A program made the position numbers and the translations under genes. From contig CAMYND010000004.1 in the NCBI GenBank assembly GCA_947259645.1, positions 698 through 64,697 on the forward strand: a stretch of DNA of 64,000 bases. The letters run 5' to 3'. This DNA comes from Thermodesulfovibrionia bacterium. GTDB lineage: Bacteria > Nitrospirota > Thermodesulfovibrionia > UBA6902. The first letter of the stretch is position 1. The number at the start of each line of letters is the position of its first letter. The notes under the pieces were generated by a model that was not told where the DNA came from, made no database searches, and worked only from the letters and a program-made list of their open reading frames with translations. Shown here one piece after another: positions 63,222 to 64,000 of the stretch.

Positions 63222-64000
63222 ATGAAAAGAAAAATACTGTATATGTTTCTGGCAGCACTCTGGTGTCTGCTGTCAACAGATGTCAGTGCAGAGCGCATCA
63301 AGGACATCACAAGCTTTGAAGGTGTGCGGGAGAACCAGCTGATCGGGTACGGCCTCGTTGTAGGGCTTGACGGAACAGGAGATAAAGGAAGAGCCGCGAC
63401 CCAGAGTATTGTAAACATGCTGGAGAGAATGGGGCTGACGCTAAACCCCAATGATATCAGCTCAAAAAATATAGCCTCAGTTGTGATTACGGCAACATTG
63501 CCGCCATTCGCAAAGCCCGGAATAAAACTGGATGCCCTTGTTTCAACTATTGGTGACGCAAAGAGCCTGCAGGGAGGGACTCTCCTTCTTGCCCCTCTGA
63601 AAGGACCGGACGGTAAAGTATATGGTCTGGCCCAGGGACCTGTATCAATCGGAGGATTTGCAGCTGAGGGGGAGGCTGCCTCGATCCAGAAAAACCATCC
63701 TGCCGCAGGGAAAGTACCCGAAGGGGTGACCATAGAGAGAGAACCTCTTTTTACGCTGGGAAATGGCAATGACATACGACTCTTTCTTCACAAAGCTGAT
63801 TTCGCAACGGCAGATGGAATAGCAAAGGCAATTAATCGCGCCTTTAATGGAAACTATGCTTTCCCGGCAGACCCCTCATCAGTCAATGTGCTGATTCCGG
63901 AGGAATTCAGGGGTAATGTAGTCACAATGATATCAAAGATAGATATGCTCAATGTCAAGGTCGACATACCGGCAAAAGTTGTCATAAATGAAAGGACCGG
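63222..64000 (+). CDS. flgI: Flagellar P-ring protein FlgI (3' end outside the window)
   Basis: It is not in the ORF track because no stop falls within the window. The translation MKRKILYMFLAALWCLLSTDVSAERIKDITSFEGVRENQLIGYGLVVGLDGTGDKG... is canonical FlgI. Confidence 0.9.
   Translation, partial: MKRKILYMFLAALWCLLSTDVSAERIKDITSFEGVRENQLIGYGLVVGLDGTGDKGRAATQSIVNMLERMGLTLNPNDISSKNIASVVITATLPPFAKPGIKLDALVSTIGDAKSLQGGTLLLAPLKGPDGKVYGLAQGPVSIGGFAAEGEAASIQKNHPAAGKVPEGVTIEREPLFTLGNGNDIRLFLHKADFATADGIAKAINRAFNGNYAFPADPSSVNVLIPEEFRGNVVTMISKIDMLNVKVDIPAKVVINERT

Noticed and set aside
63026-63775. A 249-aa minus-strand ORF, the longest ORF the track reports in this interval.
   Set aside because: It lies antisense to an unmistakable flgI reading frame (63222 onward). 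That frame is missing from the track only because it has no stop inside the window. The ORF is a Pro/Ser/Ala-rich shadow ORF.

Overview
The window reads as a bacterial chromosome segment of moderate GC. The gene content resembles Desulfobacterota or Nitrospirota, but that taxonomic guess is low confidence. About 44 kb (19.9-64.0 kb) is a flagellar and chemotaxis supercluster. Its parts, in order: (1) a response-regulator and sigma-54 activator tier (CheY-like RR, NtrC-type EBP, AMIN/TPR protein, soluble histidine kinase, second EBP). (2) flgBC-fliEFGHIJ-motE/ylxF-like-fliK-flgDE on the + strand. (3) An 11.6-kb block on the opposite strand: a stand-alone Cys-rich 'two-CW'-type protein, an eight-gene che operon (HEAT-repeat protein, cheR, two cheY, cheA, a CheW-CheZ fusion, cheW, cheB) and two tandem paralogous GGDEF cyclases. 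(4) fliLMNOPQR-flhBAFG-fliA-flgFGAHI on the + strand. Sigma-54-type (-24/-12) motifs precede five + strand units. Sigma-28-type motifs (TCCGATAA/T/G) precede all four minus-strand units. The first 19 kb is housekeeping and accessory. It holds envelope lipoproteins, two orphan amino-acid-type solute-binding proteins (one frameshifted), a YiiX-like papain-fold protein translationally coupled to a PlpD-like patatin/Omp85 type Vd autotransporter, a truncated DUF4143 ATPase remnant, an MscS-family channel, and a HEPN-MNT toxin-antitoxin pair flanked by direct repeats. It also holds aat-clpA-clpS, ribF, a REC-GGDEF-HD-GYP protein, an Isf-like flavoprotein and rlmN. I saw no rRNA, tRNA, CRISPR array or intact transposase. 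The most unusual items are the CheW-CheZ fusion, the putatively FliA-driven diguanylate cyclase pair and two-CW protein inside the flagellar cluster, and three consensus sigma-54 promoters whose predicted +1 falls 1-2 nt before the start codon. All functional calls come from reading the translated ORFs against remembered family signatures. No database search was run.
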